A DNA stretch of 64,000 bases from contig JBAZIZ010000003.1 of assembly GCA_041651535.1 (NCBI GenBank), forward strand, positions 19,357-83,356. Reading direction: 5' to 3'. The stretch's first letter is position 1, and each line of letters starts with the position of its first letter. Of the stretch, positions 27,546 through 37,560 are shown piece by piece. The position numbers were made by a program, and so were the translations under genes. A model generated the notes under the pieces. That model was not told where the DNA came from. It ran no database searches and worked only from the letters and a program-made list of their open reading frames with translations. Source of the stretch: Patescibacteria group bacterium. GTDB lineage: Bacteria > Patescibacteriota > Patescibacteriia > Magasanikbacterales > UBA922.

Positions 27546-28625
27546 TTATTTTTTTCTAATATTTTCGATCTCTTTAATAATTTTATCTTCACCAGATTCA
27601 ACCCATTTTTTAAAAGCAGTAGATGGTTTGTATTTCGGAATATAATTTAAAAATTTTTCTAAATCAAAATCATTTAAAACAATACCTGCACCATTTTTTT
27701 CTGTTTCAAAAGCATTACAAGCTTGTTCTATATGTGTGGGAATCATAGCTACAGGTTTTTCAAAATAAATAGCTTCAGCTAAAGATTCAAAACCAGCAGT
27801 ACCGATAAATCCTTTGCAACTAGACAGATATTTTAAAAATACAAAATCATTTAATCTATGAAAAAATAATGTCTTATTAAACACAGTAATTTCATCCGCG
27901 TCTTTTTTATCCCAAAAAAAATGCCATTCTTCTTTTGGATTTTTTTGATGTAATTCTTTAATTTTATCAACCAAAAATTGATTCATTAAATAACCACAAA
28001 TATAATTTTCTTTCTTACTTGTTTCTAAAAAAACTTCTGGTCTTAAAATTGGTGGGATAACAATTATTTTTTTATTTAAAATATCTTCTTTTTTTTCTAA
28101 AGACAAAGCAAAAATTTTATCCGCTTTTAGACAAGTTATTTTATTATATAAATTCATGGCTTTAATTTCAATTTTACTTTCAGTTAAAGGAAACTCAAAG
28201 TCTGGATGTAAAAAAATATATTGATTAGCCAAACACACAAATGGTTTTTTAAAAGAAAAAACAAAATTAGAAAAACCAGCCAAAAAATCATATAAATTTA
28301 TTATTATATCTGGATTTGATTCTTTGATTTTTTTTCTAATAAAAAAAATACTTCTTATAAAAATAGGTATCTTAAATAGATTTATAAAAAAACTTTTCCA
28401 AATATTAGTACGAATTTTTTTAGTCGTCGCAAAATCTGGACTAAAAAAATTAGAGACTGGAACTTTTATTTTTTCAACAAAAAAAATTGGTAAATTTCTT
28501 TTTTTATCTTTACCAACTAAAACTTCCACAACTTTATGTCCTTTTTTTTCTAATATTGTTTTCAAAGCTAAAGCTTGAGTCAAATGTCCTCGGCCTTCTC
28601 CTTGAACTATAAACAAAAAATTCAT
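27546..28625 (-). CDS. GT-B glycosyltransferase (MurG/GT28-GT1-like)
   Basis: N-terminal FIVQGEGRGHLTQALAL glycine-rich loop, as in the MurG/MGT N-domain; 359 aa. Confidence 0.5.
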   Translation of the reverse strand: MNFLFIVQGEGRGHLTQALALKTILEKKGHKVVEVLVGKDKKRNLPIFFVEKIKVPVSNFFSPDFATTKKIRTNIWKSFFINLFKIPIFIRSIFFIRKKIKESNPDIIINLYDFLAGFSNFVFSFKKPFVCLANQYIFLHPDFEFPLTESKIEIKAMNLYNKITCLKADKIFALSLEKKEDILNKKIIVIPPILRPEVFLETSKKENYICGYLMNQFLVDKIKELHQKNPKEEWHFFWDKKDADEITVFNKTLFFHRLNDFVFLKYLSSCKGFIGTAGFESLAEAIYFEKPVAMIPTHIEQACNAFETEKNGAGIVLNDFDLEKFLNYIPKYKPSTAFKKWVESGEDKIIKEIENIRKK

Positions 28626-29167
28626 AACTTGGCTGTTTTTTTATTAAAATTCAAACAAGAAGCACAGGTCAAAGCTGCTGCCAAAGCATCCGCAGTATCA
28701 TCTAGTTTTATTTTACTATTTATTTTTAATTCCATTTCTACCATTTTTTGTATTTGGTTTTTATCAGCTCGTCCATAACCAGTAATTGCTTGTTTTATTT
28801 GTAATGGTGTAAATTCATGAACTTCAATATTATTCATAATCAAAGTCAAAAGTATTACTCCTCTTGCCTGACCTACACTCATGGCAGTTTTGATATTTTT
28901 AGCAAAAAAAAGATCCTCAACACCAGCGCAATCTGGTTTGTATTTTTTTATTATTTTTTGTAATTCAACATGTATTTCTTGTAGACGGTCAATAAATTTT
29001 TTTTTTGTTGAAGTTTCTATACAACCATAATCCAAAACTTTCCAAGAAGAATTTTCTTTTTCTAAAATACCGTAACCTAAACGTCCAAATCCCGGATCAA
29101 TTCCAATTATGCGTGTTGTTTTTTCTATCATAAAATTAACGAACGCCAATGATTTTTCTAACGTCAT
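28622..29167 (-). CDS. ruvC: crossover junction endodeoxyribonuclease RuvC
   Basis: IIGIDPGFGRLGYGIL and catalytic acidic residues; 181 aa. Confidence 0.85.
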   Translation of the reverse strand: MTLEKSLAFVNFMIEKTTRIIGIDPGFGRLGYGILEKENSSWKVLDYGCIETSTKKKFIDRLQEIHVELQKIIKKYKPDCAGVEDLFFAKNIKTAMSVGQARGVILLTLIMNNIEVHEFTPLQIKQAITGYGRADKNQIQKMVEMELKINSKIKLDDTADALAAALTCASCLNFNKKTAKL

Positions 29168-30104
29168 TTATAGTTTCTTTGGCAATTACGGAAGCTTTTT
29201 TAGAACCAGCAATTAAAATCTCAGCAATTTTATCATGATTTTCTAAAAGCTCTTTTCTTTTTTGACGAAAATCGGCAAAGTATTTTGCAATTGCATTAGT
29301 AAGTTCGACTTTCAAATCAGAATTTTTTAAAATTCCTTTTTTATATTCTTCTAGAAATTGTTTGTAGACAATTTCTTCGCCGAAATTTTTTAATAAATTC
29401 AATAAATTTAAAATACCTTCTTTATCACTCACTGCTTTTTTTATTTTGTTTTTTATTGTTTCTTCATCATCAGCTAATTCTATAACATGATTTTCTCCTA
29501 AAGATTTACTCATTTTTTTTGTAGAATCAACTAAACTCATAATTTTTGGAGTTTCTGTTAAAAGAACTTCAGCAGTTGAAAAATAATTTTCATATCTTTT
29601 ATTAAACCATTTGGCAATATCTCTAGTAATTTCCACATGTTGAATTTGATCTTTACCTACAGGAACAGTGTTAGCTTTATAAAGCAAAATATCAGCTGCT
29701 TGAAGTACTGGATAAGTCAAAAGACCAGCATTAATATTTTTTGCCTGATGACTAGATTTATCTTTATATTGAGTCATTCTTTCCAACTCACTTATCGGAC
29801 AAACACAATTAAAAATCCAAGTTAACTCTGTATGTTCTGGTACTTGAGATTGAATATAAAAAATTGATTTCTCAGGATCTATACCAGCTGCCAAAAGTTC
29901 AGCTGCAGTTCGAATAATTTGTGATCTTCTAAATTCAGCATCAATATTTCCAGTTAAAGAATGATAATCAGCAATCGCAAAAATACATTTATATTTACCA
30001 CTATTTTGTAAGTCTACCCAATTTTTTATAGCTCCTAAATAATTTCCTAGATGAATATTTCCTGTTGGCTGAATAGCTGAATAAATTATTTTTTCGTTTT
30101 TCAT
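29136..30104 (-). CDS. trpS: tryptophan--tRNA ligase
   Basis: IYSAIQPTGNIHLGNYLGA (HIGH-type) and KMSKSLG motifs. Confidence 0.9.
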   Translation of the reverse strand: MKNEKIIYSAIQPTGNIHLGNYLGAIKNWVDLQNSGKYKCIFAIADYHSLTGNIDAEFRRSQIIRTAAELLAAGIDPEKSIFYIQSQVPEHTELTWIFNCVCPISELERMTQYKDKSSHQAKNINAGLLTYPVLQAADILLYKANTVPVGKDQIQHVEITRDIAKWFNKRYENYFSTAEVLLTETPKIMSLVDSTKKMSKSLGENHVIELADDEETIKNKIKKAVSDKEGILNLLNLLKNFGEEIVYKQFLEEYKKGILKNSDLKVELTNAIAKYFADFRQKRKELLENHDKIAEILIAGSKKASVIAKETINDVRKIIGVR

Positions 30105-30122
30105 AAGCTAAATAAATTATTT

Positions 30123-32027
30123 TTAAACTTCGATGACTACTGGTAAAATCATCGGACGTTTTTCAGTTTTAGTAAAAATAAACTGACCAATTTTATCACG
30201 AATATCATTTTTAATTTGATTAGTATCTGCCCAAGAAGCTGGATCAGATTTAATAACCATTTTTTTAACTTTTTGTCTAATTTCTTCAATCAATTCTTTA
30301 TTATCTTTCAAAAAAACAAAACCACGAGAAATTATATCTGGATTTTGAATGAGTTTGCCAGTTTTACCTTCAATAGTTGCAATTACTACTAGCATACCAT
30401 CTTCAGCTAAAACTTGTCTATCACGCAAAACTATATTTTGTGTGTCACTTACTCCTAAACCATCAACAAAAACATAATCAGACACAGCTTTTTTAGTAGA
30501 AAATTTTGCACTATCTTTGTCTACTTCCAAAATTGAACCATTGTCTGGCACAAAAATTTTTTCTTTTGGAAAACCATTTTCAAAAGCTAGTTTTTGCGCT
30601 TCTTTCAAAAAATAATGATTTGCATAAACTGGCATAAAATAAGTTGGTTGAATTTGTTTTATCATTTCTAAAATATCTTCTCTGGTAGCATGACCACTAA
30701 CATGGACATCCATAAATTCGCCATGAATAACATTATCACACTGACGATACATATTGTCTTTTAATCTTTGAATCGTTCTTTCGTTTCCAGGAATTATGGA
30801 AGAAGAAAAAATCACAGTATCTTGTTTTTTAAGTTTAATATGTCGATGTTGTTTATTAACAATTTTCATTAAAACAGCATTTTCTTCACCTTGAGCGCCA
30901 GTACACATAATAACAACTCTATTGTCTGGATAATCATTAATCTTTTTTATATCAATAAGCAAATTTGGTTTAACTTTTATATAACCAAGTTTTTGGGCTA
31001 TTTCTACATTGACTTTCATACTGTAACCATCTAAGGTTACTTTTTTATTTAATTTTTCAGCAGCTTGTAAAACCCATTTTATTCTTTCAAGTTGAGAAGA
31101 AAATGTTCCGATAATTACTCGTCCAGTAGCTTTTGATAAAACTTCGTATAAATTTCTATACATATCTTCATAACTACCATGACTTTTTTCATGAGTAACA
31201 CCTAAACTTTCAAGCATCAAAACTGTTGGCTGTTTTAATTTACTTAAATAAGTATAATCAAGAGTACACATTCCTTTTTTATCTCTTTCTAAAGTCCAAT
31301 CGCCAGGATGTATCGCTGTACCATTTGGAGTTTGAATAATTACTCCGACAGCATCCATGATTGAATGTTCTACTTGAAAAAATTTAACAGTAATTTTTCC
31401 TAAATAAAAAACATCTTTCACACTTTTGACAGTAATTGTTTTTAATTTTCCGGCTGAACCTTTTTTATAATCTTCTTGTTTATGTTTTACTAAAGCTAAG
31501 GTTAAGTCACGTCCAATAATAGTTGGATTACCTATTTTTTCTAACAAAATTGGCGCTGCTCCGATGTGATCCAAATGACCATGTGAAAAAATTACAGCCC
31601 GAATATTTTTTGTTTTTCCTTCTAAATATTTTGTATTAGGAATTATATAATCAATTCCTGGCATATCTTCTTCTGGAAATTGAAGGCCCATATCCAAAAT
31701 AACAATATCATTGCCATATTCAAAAATAGTCATATTACGACCAACTTCTTCACAACCACCGATCGGAATTATTTTTAATTTTTGTCTTTGCATAATCGGA
31801 TCAAAATCTCGGTCACTATTTTGACTAAAATTTTTATTACTTACATTATTGTTTTTGTGATGAAACGAATATTTTTTGTTAGTAAAAGTAGAAAAACTTT
31901 TACCACTATTTTTACGTACATCTTTGTCTTCTTGTCTATTTCCGGTAGAACTGTAAGTTCTGTGTCTACGAGATCGGTTGTTAAAACCAGATCCTTTGGA
32001 AACAAAAGACTTGTTTTCTGAATCCAT
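30123..32027 (-). CDS. rnj: ribonuclease J
   Basis: Metallo-beta-lactamase HGHLDHIG, beta-CASP and C-terminal domains. Carries a ~80-aa basic low-complexity N-terminal extension. Confidence 0.85.
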   Translation of the reverse strand: MDSENKSFVSKGSGFNNRSRRHRTYSSTGNRQEDKDVRKNSGKSFSTFTNKKYSFHHKNNNVSNKNFSQNSDRDFDPIMQRQKLKIIPIGGCEEVGRNMTIFEYGNDIVILDMGLQFPEEDMPGIDYIIPNTKYLEGKTKNIRAVIFSHGHLDHIGAAPILLEKIGNPTIIGRDLTLALVKHKQEDYKKGSAGKLKTITVKSVKDVFYLGKITVKFFQVEHSIMDAVGVIIQTPNGTAIHPGDWTLERDKKGMCTLDYTYLSKLKQPTVLMLESLGVTHEKSHGSYEDMYRNLYEVLSKATGRVIIGTFSSQLERIKWVLQAAEKLNKKVTLDGYSMKVNVEIAQKLGYIKVKPNLLIDIKKINDYPDNRVVIMCTGAQGEENAVLMKIVNKQHRHIKLKKQDTVIFSSSIIPGNERTIQRLKDNMYRQCDNVIHGEFMDVHVSGHATREDILEMIKQIQPTYFMPVYANHYFLKEAQKLAFENGFPKEKIFVPDNGSILEVDKDSAKFSTKKAVSDYVFVDGLGVSDTQNIVLRDRQVLAEDGMLVVIATIEGKTGKLIQNPDIISRGFVFLKDNKELIEEIRQKVKKMVIKSDPASWADTNQIKNDIRDKIGQFIFTKTEKRPMILPVVIEV

Positions 32028-32110
32028 ATGTTAAAAATTTAGAACGCGATATTTTTCAGAAGTATAACGCGTTATATTAAATAATTTTAAAAATAAAAAA
32101 TGAAGATATT

Positions 32111-34156
32111 TTAATTATCCCAAACCATTTTGGTTTTGACATACCAATTAACAACATTGGAAAATCTATCACTAGGTTCAGAAATTCTTTCGACACTAAA
32201 ACCTTTTATATAATCTTCTTGAGCATAAGTATAAGTCGGGGTATATAAAAATATTGCTGGAATATCTGCCAAAATCTTTTCTTGAACTTGTGCGTAAAGA
32301 CCTGCAACTTTCTCTTCTTCTTTTGCTACTCTAATTTCTTGTAAAAGTTTGTCGACATCATTATTTGCGTAAGAAGATAAATTTAAACCAGGATAATTTA
32401 TTTGATCAGAATGCCAAAATGGATATTGGTCAGGATCATTACCTAACAAAACTCCATAAAGCAAAACATCATAATTTCTTGTTTTTAAAACTTCTTTTGT
32501 AAAATCTTGAGCATCAACAAAACTTACATTAACTTTAATTCCAGTATCTTGCCAATAACCAGAAATTAATTGGGCGACTTTTGTATATTCTGGGGTAGCT
32601 ACTGTAACCAAATTTATTTCTAAAATATTTTTTTTATCTTCACTACCTTTTTTATAACGATAAAAAATCTGAGCTGGATCAAGTAAAGTATTTAATTCGT
32701 TTTCTACATCTTCATTTATTTTATTTAAATCCATTGTCGAAGAATTAGTTGAATTTTCAGTTAATTCAGTTTCATCAACTGAAGCTACATTTTCTCCATT
32801 TTCAGTAGAACTTGTAGTATTTTGATTTTCTTCTTGCTGTTTTATTAAATATTCAACTTTTTCTTTTTTTAAAAGTTCTCGATACTCTTCAGCTGAAATC
32901 TTTTCCCAATTTTTATCCAAAAGTTCGTTAGCTTTAGAAACAGAAAAAGTTATTTTATTTTCTAATACTGAAAAACCTGGATAAGACTCCAAAATTGGTC
33001 CTTCTATTGTTTTAGCTTCATTTTCTAAAACATCTTTGACAATTCTTTCCTTATCCAAAGATTCTGCTAAAGCTAATCTCAAATCTTTATTGTCTAATTT
33101 AGTCAAATTAAAAAACAAAGCTGTATATTGAGGTAATTGTAAAGTATGAATATTTATATGTTTTCTTTCAATTTTAGAACGATATTCATAAGGTACAAAA
33201 CTAATACCATTTATTTCTTGTTCACGTAAAGCATTAATTAATCCGTCTGGTCCATCATAATCAGAAAAAAATTCAAAAGATATTTTTTTTATATAAGCAG
33301 GAATTTTATAATAATTTTCATTTCTTACTAAATCAATTCGGTGAACATAACCAGTTTCATCTTTTACTAATTTATCAAATTTATAAGGACCAGTCCCGAT
33401 AGGTTGTAAATTTCTTTGAGCTAATTTTACTTGTTCATAAGGAATTGCTGACCAAATATGTTGCGGTAAAATTCCAACTGTTAAACTTGAAAGAAATGAA
33501 GCAGAAGACTGAGGTAAAATAAATTTAATTTTATAATCATCTATTTTTTCAACTTTTATATCTTTAAAAGAAAGTTGTAGAGGGCTAGCCACTCCAGCTT
33601 CTTGAATTAAATCAAAAGTAAAAATAACATCGTCTGCTGTAAAATTTGTATTATCATGCCACAAAACATCTTTTTTCAATTCAAATATGTATTCAGTTTT
33701 AGCTTCATTTATTTCATATTTAACTGCCAAATCAGTTATTAAATTTCTTTTTTCATCATATTTCAAAAGTCCAGAATAAACCATAGAACAAAGATCTTGA
33801 TCCACTTCATTTAAAGAAGCAAAAATAGGATTAATATGTTGCAAAGAACCTAAAACTCCTTCAGTATATTCACCATAAATTTTTGGAACTTCGATCTTAT
33901 ATCTTAAACTAAAAACATAAGCTGACCAAACAAAAGAAATAACAAAAATCCAAATAGCTGAAAAAAATATAGTTTTTTCTTTTGGAGAAAGTACTTTTCC
34001 AATACAAAAAATCTGTCTAGAATTTGGTGATTTTTGTCTTCTGGCATTTTTTAAAAGATAATATTCATGTTTATTTTTTCTTTCTTTTTGTAAATCAAAA
34101 AAATAGACTAATTTATTTTTTGTCTTTTTTAAAAAATTTTTAATTGAAAAATTCAC
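32111..34156 (-). CDS. membrane-anchored ABC transporter substrate-binding protein (family 5, oligopeptide-type)
   Basis: N-terminal TM plus SBP_bac_5-like domain, with an internal acidic low-complexity insertion. Confidence 0.65.
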   Translation of the reverse strand: MNFSIKNFLKKTKNKLVYFFDLQKERKNKHEYYLLKNARRQKSPNSRQIFCIGKVLSPKEKTIFFSAIWIFVISFVWSAYVFSLRYKIEVPKIYGEYTEGVLGSLQHINPIFASLNEVDQDLCSMVYSGLLKYDEKRNLITDLAVKYEINEAKTEYIFELKKDVLWHDNTNFTADDVIFTFDLIQEAGVASPLQLSFKDIKVEKIDDYKIKFILPQSSASFLSSLTVGILPQHIWSAIPYEQVKLAQRNLQPIGTGPYKFDKLVKDETGYVHRIDLVRNENYYKIPAYIKKISFEFFSDYDGPDGLINALREQEINGISFVPYEYRSKIERKHINIHTLQLPQYTALFFNLTKLDNKDLRLALAESLDKERIVKDVLENEAKTIEGPILESYPGFSVLENKITFSVSKANELLDKNWEKISAEEYRELLKKEKVEYLIKQQEENQNTTSSTENGENVASVDETELTENSTNSSTMDLNKINEDVENELNTLLDPAQIFYRYKKGSEDKKNILEINLVTVATPEYTKVAQLISGYWQDTGIKVNVSFVDAQDFTKEVLKTRNYDVLLYGVLLGNDPDQYPFWHSDQINYPGLNLSSYANNDVDKLLQEIRVAKEEEKVAGLYAQVQEKILADIPAIFLYTPTYTYAQEDYIKGFSVERISEPSDRFSNVVNWYVKTKMVWDN

Positions 34157-34165
34157 ATTTCAATA

Positions 34166-34384
34166 TTAAACTACTAAATTTAGAATAGCTATCAAAAAGA
34201 ATAAAACTGACAATACAACTGTAATATTAAACAAAACTTTGTCCATTCCTCTTCGAGAAGAAACAATACTTCCACTCTGACCACCAAAAGCTGCTCCAGT
34301 ACCAGAACCTTTTTGTTGTAATAAAATGGTAATTATCAGTAAAATTGATAAAACAATTTGGATTATGTTTAAAATAAAACTCAT
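34166..34384 (-). CDS. secG: preprotein translocase subunit SecG
   Basis: 72 aa, two TM helices, LLQQKGSGTGAAFGG motif. Confidence 0.7.
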   Translation of the reverse strand: MSFILNIIQIVLSILLIITILLQQKGSGTGAAFGGQSGSIVSSRRGMDKVLFNITVVLSVLFFLIAILNLVV

Positions 34385-34540
34385 ATTTTTATACTCTTAT
34401 TGCTAAATATTATGAAGCTATTATATAAAAAATGGAGTTAAATGTCAAATACCTGCACAATTTTAGATTTAAGATTTTAGATTTAGGAATTAAAAAATTA
34501 TTTACTTACTTGTTTGCCTAATTACTTGTCAAATATTATA

Positions 34541-34586
34541 AAAAGACAGTCATATTTCAGACTGCTTTTTAATTTTGCATTTTTAA
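34541..34586 (-). terminator. intrinsic terminator (acagtcatatttcagactgc hairpin plus T-run, ttttgcattttt spacer) downstream of tsf
   Basis: Member of the recurring terminator module family. Confidence 0.5.
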
Positions 34587-35231
34587 TTAATTTAGTTGTT
34601 CATTCACTTCTTCAACAAAATTATTTTGTTTTTTTTCAATTCCTTCGCCAACTTCATATCTAACAAAACGACGCAAAGTAATTTTTTCTCCAATTTCTCC
34701 AGAAATAGCTGTGAGCAATTCACCAATTTTTTTATCTTCATCTTTGATAAAATCTTGTTCCAAAAGACAATTTTCTGAATAATATTTATTCATTTTACCT
34801 TCTAGAATCTTTTCTACCATTTCTGCTGGTTTTCCTTCATTTACAAGTTGTTCACGATAAATAGCTCTTTCTCGATTTAAATCTTCTTCGGTTACATCTT
34901 CACGAGAAAGATATTTTGGATTCATAGCAGCTATATGCATAGCGATATCATTACCCAAAAGAGAAAATTTTTCATTTTTTGCAACAAAATCAGTTTCAGA
35001 ATTTAATTCTAGCATAACTCCAACTCTTCCACCATGTAAATAAGTGAAAATTTTTCCTTCAGCAGCTATTTTATCAGCTCTTTTGGCAGCTTTAGCAGCA
35101 CCTTTTTTTCTAAGCCAATCAATAGCTTTTTCAAAATCACCATTATTTTCTTCCAAAGCTTTCTTGCAATCAAGCATACCAGCTCCGGTTTGTGATCTTA
35201 ATTTAGCGACATCTTGAGCGGTAATAGACAT
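34587..35231 (-). CDS. tsf: elongation factor Ts
   Basis: MSITAQDVAKLRSQTGAGMLDCKKALEE is a canonical EF-Ts UBA-like N-terminus. Confidence 0.9.
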   Translation of the reverse strand: MSITAQDVAKLRSQTGAGMLDCKKALEENNGDFEKAIDWLRKKGAAKAAKRADKIAAEGKIFTYLHGGRVGVMLELNSETDFVAKNEKFSLLGNDIAMHIAAMNPKYLSREDVTEEDLNRERAIYREQLVNEGKPAEMVEKILEGKMNKYYSENCLLEQDFIKDEDKKIGELLTAISGEIGEKITLRRFVRYEVGEGIEKKQNNFVEEVNEQLN

Positions 35232-35301
35232 AATATTTTATTTTAAAATTGATTATTTTATTTCAAATTCTCTTAATAGAAAGAAAATTGTTATAAAAGT
35301 T

Positions 35302-36030
35302 TTATTTTTTTTCAGCAGTAGTGGCTACAGTTTTTTGTTTTTTAACAAAAATTTCATTACCTTCTTTTACAGCTGCTGCAACTAATTTTACAATAAGTTC
35401 AATTGATTTCACAGCATCATCATTAGCTGCGATAACATAATCAATTTTTGTTGGGTTAGCATTTGTATCACAAACTCCAACAATTGGGATGTTTAATCTA
35501 TTTGCTTCAACAATCGCAGTTTTTTCTTTTTGGACAGAAGGGACAAAAATAACATCTGGTCTTTTTGTCAAACCACTTAAACCAGCTAAAGTCTTTTCTT
35601 GGTCTTGTAATTCACGAGCAATTTCTAATTGTTCTTTTTTTGTATAATTTACAAGTTCACCTTTAGCTTGTTTTTCTTTCATTGTATTAAATTTTCTGAT
35701 AAGTTTTTTTATTTCCGCAAAATTAGTAAGCATCCCACCTAACCAACGTTCAACTAAATAAGGCATTTCACAACTGATTGCTGCATCTCTTACTATTTGA
35801 CGAGCTTGAGGTTTAGTTGAGACAAAAAGTATTTTTTTGCCTTCAGCTGCCATGTTTTTTACTTCTTCAAGCACTGTTTCTAATTGACCAAGAGTTTTTT
35901 CAAGATCAATAACATGAACACGGTTTCTACTTGTAAAGATGAAATCTTTCATCTTTGGATGCCAGCGAGAGACATTGTGTCCAAAATGAACTCCAGCTTG
36001 TAGCATTTCTTCAATACTAGGTATTTTCAT
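35302..36030 (-). CDS. rpsB: 30S ribosomal protein S2
   Basis: MLQAGVHFGHNVSRWHPKM signature. Confidence 0.92.
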   Translation of the reverse strand: MKIPSIEEMLQAGVHFGHNVSRWHPKMKDFIFTSRNRVHVIDLEKTLGQLETVLEEVKNMAAEGKKILFVSTKPQARQIVRDAAISCEMPYLVERWLGGMLTNFAEIKKLIRKFNTMKEKQAKGELVNYTKKEQLEIARELQDQEKTLAGLSGLTKRPDVIFVPSVQKEKTAIVEANRLNIPIVGVCDTNANPTKIDYVIAANDDAVKSIELIVKLVAAAVKEGNEIFVKKQKTVATTAEKK

Positions 36031-36314
36031 AAAATTTTCCTTTTATCCTCTGATATTCGACCCTTTAAATGGTTAAAGAGAGGAAAAAATAAATATCATG
36101 AGGGATTTATAAATAAAAATTGTAGCTAAAATATATATTATTTTTAAAAAAATGTCAAGAGAAACCCCAACTTATAATTTTTAAATTTTTACAATTCATT
36201 TTATTATCCAACAAAATTTATTTATAAACTGTGTTTTATTGCTAATAACTTGACTTTTTTTCTTTTTACATATAGGATAAAATCAGTACACTAACAATTT
36301 AAAAGGAGACCAAA

Positions 36315-37337
36315 ATGAGAAAAAAAGTTTTACCAAAAAAAGCATGGATTTCTTTAACTGGAGTTTGCAACAACCAATGTAAATGGTGTTACAGAAATGG
36401 AAATGAAACTCAAATTTTTATTGATTACGAAAAAGTAAAAGCAAAAATAAAAACTTTTGCTGAAATCGGGATTAAAACCATTACCATTATTGGCGGAGAA
36501 CCCACACTTCATCCAAATTTTAAAGAAATTATAAATGAAATTATTAAATTTGGTATGACTTGTATTATAGTCACAAATGGAAGAAAAAAAATTGAGATAC
36601 CGGAAAAATGGAAGGATAATCCTTTAGTAAAATATGTATTTTCTCTTCATGGCGCAAACGAAGAACATTATTTTAAAAATACTAGTTCTAAAAACGGTTT
36701 TACGGAAATGATAGAAAATGTAACTTATCTTAAAAAAGAAGGGGTCAAACTTTCTGTCAATATAGTCCTTGGGAAGGAAATGATTGATCATCTTGACATC
36801 TTTTACAAATTGATAAACAAATTGTCAATAAAGAAATTGAATTTTACTTACGCAGTTCCTTCGGTTGATGACGAAAATTATGAAGCAATTCCCCTTCGTC
36901 TAGTAGAACTTACAAAAAAAATATATTCTGATTGTACTAAAAATAATATTAAATCTTCTTTTATTTTAAGTTTACCTTGGTGTTTACTTGGTAAAGATGA
37001 TTTGAAATATTTTATCGAAAATAAATTAATAAGTTTCAATTGCCCGGTAAATTATGGGAAAGGATTTTTATTAAAAGAAAATGGTGCTATAGCTCTTTGT
37101 ACGCATCTTTCAAATTATGAAATTTTAAATGCGGCAAAATCTGAAAAAGTTCTTTTAAACGCTAAAAATTTTATAAATTTTTGGAATTCAAAAAAAATAA
37201 AAGAACTCAGAAAGACAGTAAATGTTTACCGTCATGAAAAATGTGTTAAATGCGATTATAGATTTAATTGTAAAGGCGGATGTCCTCTTTGGTGGCAACG
37301 CTTTGACTTTGGTGATATTATAAACAGTCATTATTAG
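36315..37337 (+). CDS. radical SAM/SPASM-domain peptide-modifying enzyme
   Basis: CNNQCKWCY (CX3CX2C) radical-SAM cluster motif. C-terminal CVKCDYRFNCKGGC (CX2CX5CX3C) SPASM motif. GGAG RBS. Confidence 0.8.
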   Translation: MRKKVLPKKAWISLTGVCNNQCKWCYRNGNETQIFIDYEKVKAKIKTFAEIGIKTITIIGGEPTLHPNFKEIINEIIKFGMTCIIVTNGRKKIEIPEKWKDNPLVKYVFSLHGANEEHYFKNTSSKNGFTEMIENVTYLKKEGVKLSVNIVLGKEMIDHLDIFYKLINKLSIKKLNFTYAVPSVDDENYEAIPLRLVELTKKIYSDCTKNNIKSSFILSLPWCLLGKDDLKYFIENKLISFNCPVNYGKGFLLKENGAIALCTHLSNYEILNAAKSEKVLLNAKNFINFWNSKKIKELRKTVNVYRHEKCVKCDYRFNCKGGCPLWWQRFDFGDIINSHY

Positions 37338-37347
37338 GAGGTTAAAA

Positions 37348-37506
37348 ATGACTGCGCAAAAACTTTTCGGCTCTTTGAGAGGAAGCCATATTATTCCTCC
37401 AAAGGGAGAAGAAACAGGGAGAAATTTTAGCTCAGACGGATTTATGTGCAACGGAGATTGCGATGTGGGAGACGAATGTTATTGCGACAATGATCCGGAG
37501 GAGTAG
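37348..37506 (+). CDS. candidate RiPP precursor peptide (52 aa, Cys/Asp-rich C-terminus)
   Basis: AGGAGG RBS 7 nt upstream. MTAQKLFGSLRGSHIIPPKGEETGRNFSSDGFMCNGDCDVGDECYCDNDPEE. Starts 11 nt after the rSAM stop and is followed by a terminator. Not in the ORF track (under 60 aa). Confidence 0.55.
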   Translation: MTAQKLFGSLRGSHIIPPKGEETGRNFSSDGFMCNGDCDVGDECYCDNDPEE

Positions 37507-37516
37507 GAGTTTCGAC

Positions 37517-37560
37517 AGGTGCTTGCACCGCCAGGTTGTTTATTCAACCTGGTTTTTTAT
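37517..37560. terminator. double hairpin (ggtgcttgcacc; ccaggttgtttattcaacctgg) plus T7, closing the rSAM-peptide unit
   Basis: T-run on the plus strand. Convergent with the stop of the minus-strand HExxH gene. Confidence 0.5.
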